64,000 nucleotides of DNA from Glaucostegus cemiculus. Taxonomy: Eukaryota. A model generated the notes under the pieces. The model ran no database searches. It saw only the letters and a list, made by a program, of their open reading frames with translations, and was not told the DNA's origin. Of this stretch, positions 50,201 through 63,730 are shown piece after piece (within the stretch, counting starts at the first letter, position 1; the number at the start of each line of letters is the position of its first letter). Location of the stretch: assembly GCA_976551045.1 (NCBI GenBank), contig CDPCPM010000029.1, positions 21,762,001-21,826,000 on the forward strand, written 5' to 3'. Both the position numbers and the translations under genes were made by a program.

Positions 50201-53200
50201 CTTTGCTGGATCTGGCTTTGATCCTTTCAGTTTTCCAAGTCACCCATCAAGGAAGGTTCCTTCATTTTGAGTTCCATTTTTTTCCTCACTCTACCTCAGT
50301 TGCTCTTTCCTACATCTGCATCTGCTTATCAGGGCTCTAATTCTGACTCTTTATAAGGTGTTCCTTCTCCAAAGACCAATATTTGCCAAGGTCTTGACCC
50401 CACTAAGACTTTCAAGTGCAGTATCCACCCATAAATTTTGTCTATAAATTCCACCAGTGCTTCAATCCTCTGGAAAATTTGATTACTGTGAATAACCCAA
50501 GAGGGCTGTGTCTTCTGATATCTTACATCATTCTTGCCCAAAGTATTTTCACTCTCCACTTCCTTCTGCTTTTTACACAGTTCATCCTGAAGTTACCACT
50601 CTAAATAAATCCTTTCATTGGTTCCGTGTCCACATTTTGACACAATGTCAAAAAATCTCCTTACTTTTATTGAGCTATGATGAAAAAGGCCAATCTGACT
50701 CTACTTTTGTATTAAAATGCCATCTGTTTTTATTTGATCAACCGGCCCTTTAAACTACCATCAGCAGATGGCAAGGGATTAATAAGATGTAAGAGTTACT
50801 GTCAGTCCAATAAAGGTGCTTAAGATGTCAAATCAAATCTGAGAATGCTCATTCAACTCTACATCTTAAAATCCTTCTGATTGTGCTTTTTTTCTTAAGT
50901 GTTCTCATGGTGCAATTTGCTTGATACATTTCATATTTAAGTGTAATGATTTGCTCCTAACAGTATTGTGCTTTTAACTACTAAAGCACCAAATAACTAA
51001 TGAGATTTTCTAGATTACTGCTGAAAAAACAAAGATCATTCGTCAAACTTCCATTAGAAAAATGATGCACTATTAAAAAGCAGATCATTCATGGATCAAG
51101 CATCCATTTAAAGGCAATGAACTAAAAAGAAGAAATTGCTAAGCTTTGGTGTGGGTGTTAATGGTAAGTGAATTCTACCAAGTAGAACAGAATTCAGTTG
51201 AGTGAGTACTACACCAAGAATAAATTCTCAACTTCAAATATACTGAAGTATTATATTCAACAACTGCAAGCTTACAAACAATATTATAGCATATAATATT
51301 GCTACCATGGTATTTATCATGAAGCTAATACATCTATTACAGTGTGAAAGCCCGTGACATAGGAGTGCAACTAAACACAGAACAAACCACTGCTGCTTCA
51401 CCACATATTTAAGACAATGGTTTAAAACATACCTTTTCAATAAAATTATCAACATATTTATAGGTACTTGGGAGCTCCTGAACTGACTTTGGAAAGGCTT
51501 CATTAGTTACCAAATAGAAGGACAGCACTAATTGCAAAATGATTAGCTTATTCATCAAGACCAAGAAAACTTAAGTTACTACAGAGTTAAAACTATTCTC
51601 AGAAGTTATTTGGTGCCAATGGAATTCAAATTGTGGGAACATTAAAACTATTTCCATAGCTTCTTCAGGTATTGTAGCTGTCAACTCAATTGTCGGGTGA
51701 AAGTCAATAGGGAATAAATTATTGAATTGCAAACATCAGGCACATGTAGCAAAATTAGTTAATGCATTAAAATAAATTGACGATTAAGTAAACAACTTTA
51801 TAAGAAGTATTGAAAATACTGATGAAATTTTCACAAGCTTCTACATGCTAAGCCAATCTGACAATAATGATCACAAGTGAAGGCAAGGAACCAGTGGGGA
51901 AAGATCAGCAATCACCTGCCGTGCAGGTCAAGTGAGGTTTGTGTGATCACTTTCTCTTTCCCATTAAATAACAGACCCTACAGATCAGACATGTGGGTCA
52001 GAAAACTGAATTCTATCACCTGCATTCCCACTTCAGACCCTCTAATTCTGGCCCTTTATGATATGAAACTAATGCATGGATATGAAGTGTTAGAAAAATG
52101 TTCAGACTAAAGTGCAATTCACTCTATTCCAGTAAAATAAAAGTTAACAGGATCTTTTTTCCCCAATGGCATATCAGAAGAGAATGTAAACTATCGGGTA
52201 CCATTGACTGTGAAAGACAACATTGTCAAGGTTTGGGAAACTATATGGAGAGAGATTTGGAACATTATGCTTTTGTACTACCCTTTAATAAACAGTGGTA
52301 CATTTAAGAGTGGGTGGTACAACTGGAAGAGGGAAGTAGAGGACACAGCCATAAGCAGTCAAAGAGTAAACTATTAGGTAGCATTTTAAAGTTGAAAAGG
52401 CATATAACAAGTTGAAGAGGCTTGGGAAGAAGAATTCAGAATATATTTTGAAATTATGATGACTGAAGGCTTTGCATGTGTGGTTGAATATAGACTGGGT
52501 AATTGAATCATGTGCATGGAACACATAGAGGCCACTGAAGACAGCAATGATCCCAGTTGTAAGCTGCACATCTGACAGGATTAATGAACAAACTAGTAAC
52601 TGATTGGCAAATCAGGCCTTAAAAGGAAGAAGCCCTGGCTGAGCACACCTTAAGTGAGTCGCTGTTGATGAGTTAGAAACAACAATGGATTCTTTACAGA
52701 TGTACAAATGAACCAGATTTCTTTGAGTTTTTCAAGTGAGATACTCTACTTTCCTTGGGATCACCCCAACTTTTCCAATCCTCATCCTGGGTAACCACCA
52801 ACCCCACCAATGATATCTGCTTACTTGTAAATCAAACACGATTTACTTTTGCCAACAGTGGTTTTCAAAAACAACAAACATGCTAAAAGACATTTAAGAC
52901 AGATACTTCATGAAGCATTTATGCAAACACTTAAATAGGCAAAGCATAGGAGCATACAGTCCCAATGTGGGCAAGTGGGATTAGTATAAATGGGCAAAAA
53001 AGTCAGCATGGATGTGCTGGGCTACAAGGCCTGTTTCTGTATTGTACCACTCTATGAGTGGGGCATTGAGTGGGTAAATTTGCAATCCCAATTATGACTA
53101 CTGATATTATGCATTTGCTCACGGGATCTGTGGTACATTATGCATGCATATAAACCCCACCCCTCTGGTCTGGCTCCTGATGAGCAAGAATTGGTTAGGC

Positions 53201-53627
53201 CAGAGTTTCATTTTCCACCAATGGTAAACACACACACCATCTGCACTGCAACTTACTGTTCCAATCTGAAGCTACTACACCAGAGATTTCAAACTTTGCA
53301 AAATAGCTGAAGCTTGCCATTAACTGAAATGGTAGGAGTCTGAATGAACATTGGAAATTTCATGGTTCAAAATCCTTGGAGGTGAAGAGGCTGGAAAATA
53401 AAAGCAAATTAAGTTCTGCCCCCCCACCTCAACTTCAACATCTGTCTTTTTAATCATCTGTCATTATATTAGATGCAAATCTGCATGGTTTATGACCCTG
53501 CACAAGGAGATGTGACCTGTGCCTCTTGCTCATTCCCAAACTTGACTGGCTCAGACCTTTTATAGTTGATGAAATTATAACCCAGAAGCAACCAAATTGC
53601 ATCTGCTAGGCTCCAACAAGATTCATT

Positions 53628-53925
53628 TTAGAACATAGAACGTTACAGCACAGTATAGGCCCTTAGGCCCACAATGTTGTGCCGACATTTTATTCTGCTC
53701 TAAGATCTATCTAACCTTTCCCTCCGATATAGCACCCTATTTTTCTATCATTCATGTGTCTATCTAAGAGTCTCTTAAATATCCCTACTGTATCCACCCC
53801 CACAACCTGTGCCGGCAGTGCATTCTACACACCCACACTCTCTTTGTAAAAAAACTTACCCCTGACATTCCCCTTGTACCTTCCTCCAATCACCTTAAAA
53901 TTATGTCCCCTCATGTTATCCATTT
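53628..53925 (-). mobile_element. CR1 3' end
   Basis: Near-identical to 60938-61235, with an (agaacat) tail. Confidence 0.9.
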
Positions 53926-54608
53926 TATAACTCTACTAGCATGAACAGAACCAGAATTTGCACTGAAAGACCAGGATTGCACTCATTGCAGCCCATTAAT
54001 GATGTTACAGGTGACTGACAAACAAAACTGACAGGTAATGAAAATCCATTGGTGTTATACTAAACTCCTGCTCTAATTCTGATAGATCTTCCATCCAAAA
54101 TCATCAGTCCCCTGGCTTCACAGAACCTCCACCATTTTTAGAAATATTCCACATTGCCTCCCCTGTTATAAGGGAGAAAAGGTAGGGTTGGCAACTGAGT
54201 AGAAATTAGTCCATTTAAGGGAAAGGAAGGAACCCATTCAAGACATTTAGACCATGACGACTGATCATTCTGATTTCCTTGGTATGTTTTGGGTCGGTAA
54301 AAGTCAATTCTCTCCCCAAACTCCCATGTGGTGAAACTAGACAGAGTAATGCTCACTTTTTGGGCACTAAAAGAATCTTGGAGCACACATTGCCATCTGC
54401 GCAGGTGGAGATGGATACCATACAGATGAGCTGTTCAAGAGGATGCATTGAAAGGAATAGAGCAAGCAGATCATTAAGTGACTTAGTGTGGACCACAGAT
54501 GGCTGAGTATAACCTCATGGCGTAGGATCCCCAGCAGTGTCATTTAAAGGGATTACCGATTCCCTTGATACAAGTTAGTGTGTGATTGACTTTGTGAAAG
54601 ATCAACCT

Positions 54609-55435
54609 AGGATGTAGAATTGGGCTGAGAAATGGCAGATGGAGTTCAACCCAGATAAATGTGAAGTGGTTCATTTTGGTAGGTTGAATGGGTTGGCGGA
54701 ATATAGAATTAATGGTAAGACTCTTGGCAGTGTGGAGGATCAGAGGGACCTTGGGGTCCGAGTCCATAGGGCGCTCAAGGCAGCTGCGCAGGTTGACTCT
54801 GTGGTTAGGAAGGCGTATGGTGCATTGTCCTTCATTGGTCGAGGGATTGAATTTAGGAGTAGGGAGGTACTGCTTCAGTTGTAGTGGTCCCTGGTCAGAC
54901 CCCACCTGGAGTATTGTGTTCAGTTCTGGTCGCCTCACAACAGGAAGGATGTGGAAGCTATAGAGAGAGTGCAGAGGAGGTTTACGAGGATACTGCCTGG
55001 AATGAGGAGCATGCCTTATGAGAGCAGTTTGCGGGAACGCGGCCTTTTCTCCTTGGAGAGGAGGAGGATGAGGGGGGAACCTGATTGAGGTGTATAAGAT
55101 AATGAGAGGTATGGATAGGGTAGATAGTTGGAGGCTTTTCTCCAGGGCTGAAATGGTGGCCACAAGAGGACATAGGTTTAAGGTGCTGGGGGGAAGATAT
55201 AGGGGAGATGTTAGGGGTAAGTTTTTTACTCAGAGAGTGGTGAGTGCGTGGAATGGGCTGCCGGAGATGGTGGTGGAGGCGGATACGTTAGGGTCTTTCA
55301 AGAGACTGTTGGATAGGTACATGGAGGTAAATAAGATAGAAGGTTATGGGTAAGCCTAATAATGTGGGGACATGTTCGGCACAGCTTTGTGGGCCGAAGG
55401 GCCTGAATTGTGCTGTAGGTATCTATGTTCTATGT
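54609..55435 (+). mobile_element. CR1 LINE 3' part
   Basis: MEFNPDKCEV and FFTQRVVSAWNGLP; (ctatgtt) tail; flanked by aacct on both sides. Confidence 0.93.
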
Positions 55436-57345
55436 AACCTCAATAAAGCCTTTGACTCTATCCATCAAGAAGATTATCAAATTTCGCTACCACAGAATAC
55501 CATCACCATCTTATATTTATGCCACAAGACATACTGTATACTAACACAGAACCAACTGCAGTGAAGACCCATTTCAAAAATAAGACCATTTCATTGCCCC
55601 AAAACTTTTCCCAGTCTTTCTCACTGCAATGTTACACTTCACCTTCAACAAATTTCCTTTGGGAGTGGAGCTAATCTTCAGAACTATGGGTAATTTTTCA
55701 AACTAAGTTCCAGAATTAAGGTCACCTGAACCTCAAAAGTCAACCTGCCGTCTGCAGACGATGCTTGAGTTTGTTCATGCACAGAAGCCAAGCTCCAAGA
55801 CATGATTGACCAAAGTATATAGAGGATGAGCCTTACTTTCAGCATCCATAAGCCATAGGTCCTCTACCTATCTTCAATTGCTGCACCATACTGCCCTCTG
55901 ACAATAAAGTCAAAAGATGGAGCACTTCCCATACCTTGGGCACTACGTCTTGGTGAAGACAGACATCAGTGATGAAATTCACCACTGCCTTCATTGCGAC
56001 AGCACACTCTTTTATCAGTTGAAGAAAAGGACCTTGCACCTGGCACCACTTATGGTCTACCGCAAATCAGTGATCCATGTCATCCTAGATGCCTCTGAGA
56101 GCTGAACAACTTACAGCAGTTATCTCCAGGCACTGGACAAATACCACCTACAACGTCCCTGCAAAATCCTCGAAAGTCACTGGAATGAATCAGCGCTGTC
56201 TCTCAGAGCAACATCCGCAGCACTGAGGCCCCAGTTACTCACAATTGGGTAGGCTATATTGTCTGCATCCCCATCGTCAGACTTCTGAAATAGGCAGTCT
56301 ATTTGGACTTCTGCCCTGGAAGGTGATTACCAAGTAGACAGAGAAAAAGCTTCAGGCATTCGCTTTCTGAGGTGCAACTTCCCCACTGACTCCCCGGACC
56401 CTCTGACCATGACCGGACAACAAACTTTGAGGATGGTATTAAAACCTTGAGGCCATGCAGTGGCAGAACAGAGAAATCTTGCATAAGCAGTAGAAGCAGA
56501 GCACACTTCACAAACTACACAACTGTCTACCCTATCAGGCACTGGGTCGGATCGGCGGTAAAGAAAGTGAATGCTATGTTGGCATACATTTCGAGAGGTA
56601 TAGCGTATAAGAGTAGGGAAGTATTGCTGAGGCTCTCTGGGGCACTGGTGAGGCCTCATTTGGAGTACTGTGTACAGTTTTGGGCCCTATATCTTAGGAA
56701 GGATGTACTGATGTTGGAGAGGGTTCAGAGGAGATTTACAAGGATGATTCCTGGAATGAAAGGGCTTACATACGATGAGCATTTGTCAGCTCTTGAACTG
56801 TACTCACTGGAGTACAGAAGAATGAGAGGGGACCTCATAGAAACATTTAGAATGTTGAAAGGACCGGATAGAGTAGATGTGGCTAAGCTGTTTCCCTTGG
56901 TGGCTGAGTCCAGGACCAAAGGGCACAATCTTAGAATTAGAGGGTACGAGTTTAAAAAAGAGATGAGGAGAAATTTCTTTAGCCAGAGGGTAGTGAAATT
57001 ATGGAATTCTTTGCCATGTACAGCTGTGGAGGCCCAATCATTGGAGGCGTTTAAGGAGGAGATAGATAGGTATCTAATTAGACAAGGTATCAAGGGATAT
57101 GGGAATAAGGCTAGAAATTGGGGCTAGATAGGAATAGTTTTAGCTTTGCTTATGAAGCAGACTCGATGGGCTGAATGGACTACTTCTGCTCCTTTGTCTT
57201 GTGATCTTTTGACTTCCTGCTCCATCTGTCAAAGATTCTGCAGGTCCCACATTTGCCTCACTAGTCACCTCCAAACCCGCAAAACTGAAATAGAAATGTC
57301 ATCCTCAGTCATACAGATCTGCCTAACAGAAAAGCGATGCTTTCT
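55436..57345 (+). mobile_element. Decayed RTE LINE split by a CR1 insertion
   Basis: LNKAFD and EHFPYLG...DISDEIHH.L. The C-terminal C..C..........SHL zinc-finger-like end resumes after 57208. Confidence 0.75.
56536..57207 (+). mobile_element. CR1 LINE (cttgtgat-tail subfamily)
   Basis: ORF 56447-57127, closely similar to 2628-3375 and 34861-36131. Confidence 0.95.
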
Positions 57346-60300
57346 ATAGTTGTTCTGAGAGGCAGATATTTACTGGTGTGGCAGGGATTGAACAAATTCA
57401 GTCTTCCTAAAATCCAGTTGCCCCCAAACAAGGAATCATTAATGCAATACAGTTTGACAAGAAGAATGATCAGAGGGCATACAAAATAGAGAAAACTGCT
57501 ACAAGGGAGGACATGGGGAAGAAGAGCTTGCAACAAGTGGACACATCCACCCGGGTCGTAAGGTAGCAATGCTACTGCCTGGAATTTAGCAAAAAGCAGC
57601 ATGTGAGACAGATGAACCACCACAATTATACCTTTAGTAAAATTTGCCATCTTCTGCTGCTTTCAGCTACATCCTCAGGTTAAGAGTTTGACTGTATTGT
57701 TGGTGTATGTTAAGATGACCTGGAGTACCTAGCAGAATGAGTATTATGGTAAATTCTGCCCAGGCTCAGCCCTCGCCACCTGCAATATAGTGAGCAGAAG
57801 CAGGAGAAGAAAGAGAAGAATAAAGAAGAAGGGAAAAGGCAGTCTGAACAGTCCCTTTCTACCAGGCAGTCACTGAAAAGCTCACTCTCATTTAATTACA
57901 GTATCCACAAGGCAAATCATACAATCGCCAGTGTTCACACACCTCATCACCTCTGTTACTGACCAGCATAGCATCAGCTCGACTGCACTGCAAAAAAGAT
58001 AAACCTCTACAAAATAAATACTCCAAACCAATTCTGAAAAGGAAACAATGTCATTAGTCATGCAAATGTCAAGTAACCATAGCTGTGTATCCACTCGTGT
58101 TCCTTTTCCTGTCCTCATGCTGCCACCCAAACAGCAGGCAAAATAAATTTTAACTTAACTGAGTGGGAAATGTGAGGTGCAAAGTTGGTTCTTCTCAATT
58201 CAGAGTAAAGCTGTGGGCCATTACTGTTCAATGCTTGCATCTTTATTTCACATCTCCATCCTGAACTTCTGTCTCCTGAAACTGACTGCAAACCAGTTTA
58301 AAAAAACTTTCTTCCTCTTCATAAGTAGTGCAATGCCTCTTGGGGTGTGATTGGCATCCCTACCATGCTTGTCACATCCTAATGAAGCAGGACGACCATT
58401 TTTGCATAATTCTCGCGCATCAGCATCAACCTGACTGTCATTGCCGCAGTAGGGTTGCACCCAAATTTAGGTACAAACTAATTTCTACGTGTCCACTGCA
58501 TTTCTGTCATCATGGAAAGGACTCGAAATGCATTACTTTCAATATATGCAACATACATATATCGCATTGGCACAGATTTCATGAAACCTCAACAAATCAC
58601 ATCTAAGCAGGTTGGATTGGTACCAATCACTATATAGGGAGCAAAAGAAAAAAATAATCAATTGTGGAATTCAAAAAAGAATTAAAACTGTTCACTCAGT
58701 AATAGGGACCAATAACAAATGGTGCAAAACTAATTGCATTTTCAAAATATCTTTTGCTCTTTATAGATTCCTTTATTTTGGATAGTTATTTTAGGATTTC
58801 TGGTAAGTTTATGATCTACTGCTCAAAATACAATTTCAAAATTAAGACATTAAAGTTGATAGGAAATTATTAAATTAATTTATGTATATCATTTGTATGT
58901 TTAAGTGTCTGCAACAATGTTTCTCATTATCTTTGTACGATGCCTCGAGCTTGATTTGTTGACAGTTGCCAAAGCCATTACACTCAGTTAAACGGATCCA
59001 CCAGATTGTAGACTCCAGATAACAGCACTTTTGTGCGCCACTTGTTATTTCTTTCAAATAACAAGGTTTTCCATTCATAGAGTTTATTCGATTTTACTGT
59101 TTGTGTTTCACTTCCTACAAATGTGCACATTGCTAGTCAACTCCTGCAGCCCAAGGCAGTCTCTGAACTCATTAGTCGAATTAATCGAAGTAGTTGGGAT
59201 TTTTGCATAAATCAGCAAAAATAATACAAAGCATAACTCTTTCATTTAAAAAAAATTAATTTAGAACTCATTGCCAAAGACCAAAGCTCCCAAGAAAATT
59301 AGCTGGTGATGAACATTTTACATTTTACAGTGTACTGTAAATTGTCACACAATGTTTTCTTCCTACTCATCACACAACTCCGGGATTCATATAGACTATT
59401 AGAAGGGCAGTGAGTGCTGTACCATTTTCCAAAATAAGAAAACCTGGATTAATGGCATCACTTTGAGAAATTGCCAATGAAGCACACATGAAGATAAGGA
59501 TAAAAATCTGACATGTTCTAAGTCCAGAGATACATGCAGCCAGTTCAGCCAATTGCTGTTCATCAGCTGTGAGACAGACTCATTTCAGTCTCCTCCAATG
59601 ACGCGGAGACTGCTATTATTTCCATTCAGGAGATCTCCCCTCTCAGCAAATTCTCCGTGGAATAACCAAATTACCAAAAACCAAAAGCAATCACACTCCA
59701 AACCTGAACCGCAGTGTCAGCATTTTCCCAGTTCTCCACTGTGGTAAAATAAATAACCAAAGAAGAAGTACTCCTCCTAAAACATATCCTCATGATGAAT
59801 CACTGTTATGAACAAAAACATTGCTTGGCTTTGATACCACAGTAATAATCTGTTAGCACTTCTATTCTTGCACTTCTTTCTAACCCTGGATTCTCTAAGG
59901 TCTGAGATGAGGCTGGTGGCTGCCAAATATTATAAGCTTCTTAAGTATCTGAAAGAGATTAAATGGTATAGATTAAGGCCCTTCTCTCAGCATCTTCAAA
60001 TGCTGGATTGGGTATACAGGCTCTCTGTCTGTCAGGACCACCTACATTAAAGGAGCCTGGAAGGAAATCACTGATTGCCACTCTAATATGTTGCCACAAA
60101 GAGAGGCAGCCTCTCATAAACACATCAGGTTCTCCACTGGCACAGGGAAAAAGATTCTGATTGCAAGTGATCATTGAGAAAAAAGATCTCACAGAATCAG
60201 AAACAGTAAGACATTCAGCCAGAAGTGCTTTAGCTCCAACAAGATGGATACTTTGCATATGACAATGATATCCTTAGCTGGCCTTCCAAGACCTGTAGTC

Positions 60301-60575
60301 CTCCTTTCAATAACTTTTTATTGGGCTGGATCATGTTGATTACTAATGTGCCAGTTAGTGGAGAACCATGGGCTGGATACAGTAAGTGTCGGCAGTTTGT
60401 TCCTGACTTTTGCCTCTCTGCCTTGTCACGAGGTAGTGAGGAATAATTTAAAGGAATCTGCCCTCCTACTCCATTGCAGGGTTCAGCATAGAGCCCAGGG
60501 CTGGAGATCAGCAGCGTAGAGGTGGGGGGCTTTATGCCAATTAGGAATAGGATCGCCAACCTCAATTAAAAAGCT

Positions 60576-60854
60576 ACAATACAACTCCAATAACCCAAAA
60601 TCCTATAATTTTTGGAAATCCCAAAGGTTCGGCATCTGATTCACTGGGCTCACTTTAATCTCACTGAGGCCTTGTTTCCTGCACTTCCTTTAAACATCGG
60701 ATTCACTGCAAAGTTAATTATACCACTGTGTAACATCTTAAAAAAAAAGACAAACTTGTTGGCATACTAATAGGAGTGATATTCAATAATCAGGAAAATC
60801 TTCTAGACTGGGGCCACCAAAGTCTCGAGGATGCTGGTTTACTGTTTTACTGCA
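60576..60854. mobile_element. Possible Tigger/pogo-like MITE
   Basis: The ends tacaatacaactcc.../...gttttactgca resemble decayed TA-flanked CAGTA terminal inverted repeats. Confidence 0.3.
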
Positions 60855-60937
60855 AATGGTTTGTTTCCTTTTATTTATTTTAACATTTCAATTAATTTAT
60901 ATCACATTTAAATTTTCTTTTCCAAATTAGTTACACT

Positions 60938-62575
60938 GAACATAGAACATAGAACACTACAGCATAGTACAGGCCCTTTGCCCACAATGTTGTGCCGACA
61001 TTTTATCCTGCTCTAAGATCTATCTAACCCTTCCCTCCCACATAGCCCTCCATTTTCACTATCATTCATGTGTCTATCTAAGAGTCTCTTAAATGGCTCT
61101 AATGTACTTGCCCCCACAACCTCTGCTGGCAGTACGTTCCACTCACCCACCACTCTGTGTAAAAAAACTTACCCCTGATATCCCCCTTATACCTTCCTCC
61201 AATCACCTTAAAATCATGTCCCCTTGTGTTAGCCATTGTCGCACTGGGAAGAAGTCTCTGACTGTCCACTCAATCTATGGCTCTTATCCACTTGTACACC
61301 TCTAACAAGTCATTTCTCATCCTCCTCTCCAAGGAGAAAAGCCCCAGCTCACTCAACCTATCCTCATAAAACATGCTGTCCAATCCAGGTAGCATCCTGG
61401 TAAATCTCCTCTGCACCCTCTCTAAAGCTTCCACATCCTTCCTATAATGAGGTGGCCAGAACTGAACACAATACTCCAGGTATGGTCTAATCAGAGTTCT
61501 ATAGAGCTGCAATATCACCTCGCGGCTCTTGAACTCAATACCACGATTAATGAAGGCCAACACTCCATAAGCCTTTTTAACAACCCTATTGATCTGCGTG
61601 ACTACCTTGAGGGATCTATGGACATTGACCCCAAGATGCCTTTGTTCCTCCACACTGCTAAGAGTCCTGCCATTAACCTTGTATTCTGCTTTGAATTCGA
61701 TCTCCCGAAGTGTATCACTTCACAGTTATCCAGGTTGAACTCCATCTGCCACTTCTCAGCCCAGCTCTGCATTCTATCATTATCCTGTTGTAATCTACAA
61801 TAACCTTCTACACTATCCACAACACGACTAACCTTTGTACCATCAGCAAACTTACTAACCCACCCTTTCACATCCTCATCCAAGTCATTTATAAAAATCA
61901 CAAAGAGCAGGGGTCCCAGAACAGATCCCTGCAGAACACCACTGGTCACTGACCTCCAGGCAGAATCCACTCCATCTACCACCACCCTCTGTCTTCTATG
62001 GGTGAGCCAATTCCGAATCCACACAGCCAAGTTTCCCTGGATCCCATGCTTCTTGATTTGCTGAATAAGCCTTCCATGAGGAACCCTATCAAACGTCTTA
62101 CTAAAATCCATGTACACCACATCCACTGCTCTACCTTCATCAGTGTGCCTTGTCACATCTTCAAATAATTCAATCAGGCTCGTGAGGCATGACCTGCCCC
62201 TCACAAAGCCATGCTGTCTGTCCCTAATCAGCCTATGCTTCTCTAAATGCCCGTAAATCCTGTTTCTAAGAATCTTCTCCAGTAATTTGCCCACCACAGA
62301 AGTAATACTTACTGGTCTGTAATTCCCAGGGTTATCCTTACTTTCCTTCTTAAACAAAGGAAGGACATTTGCCACCCTCCAATCATCCGGCACTACTCCT
62401 GTGGCCAGTGAGGATGCAAAGATTGATACCAAAGGTGCAGCAATCTCTTCCCTAGCTTCCCATAATAATCTTGAATATATCCGGTCCGGCCCCGGTGACT
62501 TGTCGATCCTAATGTCTTTCAATAGTTCCAGCACATCCTTTTTCCTCACATTGATATGCCCTAGCATACCAGTCT
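60938..62575 (-). mobile_element. CR1 LINE, 5'-truncated
   Basis: ORFs 61602-62567 and 61270-61653 carry KSPGPD, PGNYRPVS, QHGF, MDFSK.FD, QGSVLGPLLF and KFAD, with one frameshift. Confidence 0.96.
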
Positions 62576-62807
62576 GTCATTTTTAAAATATGTCAAGTTC
62601 AACAAGCTGAGACCTGCTGGTCACTACTTGTGGATGGCTGGGCTTCATAAGATGGGTAAGACAGTAAGGCACAAAGCCTGCAGGGCCATATAAAGGGAAA
62701 CGCAGCTGTGAGAATGGCGAACGCAGCAGACCACATCTTAGTTGTAAAGGCCCACTCAACGGAGAGATTTGCATGGATTTCTCACAAACCAAGGAAGACT
62801 TAGCAGA

Positions 62808-62855
62808 TTATCCTTCCGCTGCCATTTTTTCCAAGCTCTCCTGCAATTTGAAACC
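62808..62855 (-). CDS. Putative terminal coding exon of an unidentified minus-strand gene (GFKLQESLEKMAAEG*)
   Basis: Acceptor ctgtcttcctgtgtacatctacag|GG. Non-repeat 3'UTR-like sequence continues to minus-strand AATAAA at 60317-60322 and 58242-58247. Frame is uncertain. Confidence 0.35.
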   Translation of the reverse strand, partial: GFKLQESLEKMAAEG

Positions 62856-63445
62856 CTGTAGATGTACACAGGAAGACAGTGACCCTAACTCTATCCCACA
62901 GTTTGCCCACTGGGAATGAGCATTCAAAAGCTCCATGTGCCTGAGGCATCATTGGCATCCTACCCTGAATCCTTGAGAATGCCATCAGCTTATTCTCCAA
63001 CCAGAAGCTGATACCTCATACACCTCCACTCAACGTAATCAGAATCCATTTCCATATCTATACTCTGTAAGCTTTCAAGTATCAATTCCTCACCTACACC
63101 ATCTGACTAGATTCACTCTGGTTTAATTATCATAAAGGAAAGTATAAGAGAAGGCATGGGTGAGATTTTCCCTGTGTTGGCCGCAGTGGATGCAACCGCA
63201 TGGCTCTGACCTCACTAATGTTCTCCAGGGCCCTTCTGGTTTGCAATATCTGTAACAAAAAGAATACATTTCACTTTGAAGAAGTCTATCTTATTCAACT
63301 GCTTGGTGGTTCACTTCTGAGGAAAGTGATGGGTGGTGAAGGGAATGAACACAGAAATAATTTTCATGGAAGGACCAACATTCTCATGAACTTGCTTAGA
63401 CCATTCCTCACAAAAAAAACCAAAGCATGCCAAAGCATTACATTA

Positions 63446-63730
63446 CAAGTGGTTAGCGCAACACTATTACTGCACAGGCGACCCGGGTTCAATTCCCACC
63501 ACTGTCTGTAAGGAGTTTGTGTGTTCTCCCTGTGTCTGCGTGGGTTTCCTCTGGGTGCTCCAGTTACCTCCCACATTCCAAAGATATACGGGTTAGAAAG
63601 TTGTGGGCATGCTATGTTGGCACCGGAAGTGTGGCAACACTTGTGGGCTGCCCCCAGAGCATTCTACGCAAAAGATGCATTTCCCTCTGTATTTCAATGT
63701 ACATGTGACTAATAAAGATATCTTATTTTA
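63446..63730 (+). mobile_element. V-SINE (HE1-like), Rex1-type tail
   Basis: B box ggttcaattcc, V core and tail as in 3440-3741. Confidence 0.9.

Noticed and set aside
53170-53215. CTGATGAG hammerhead-like core
   Set aside because: No stem II or downstream GAAA.
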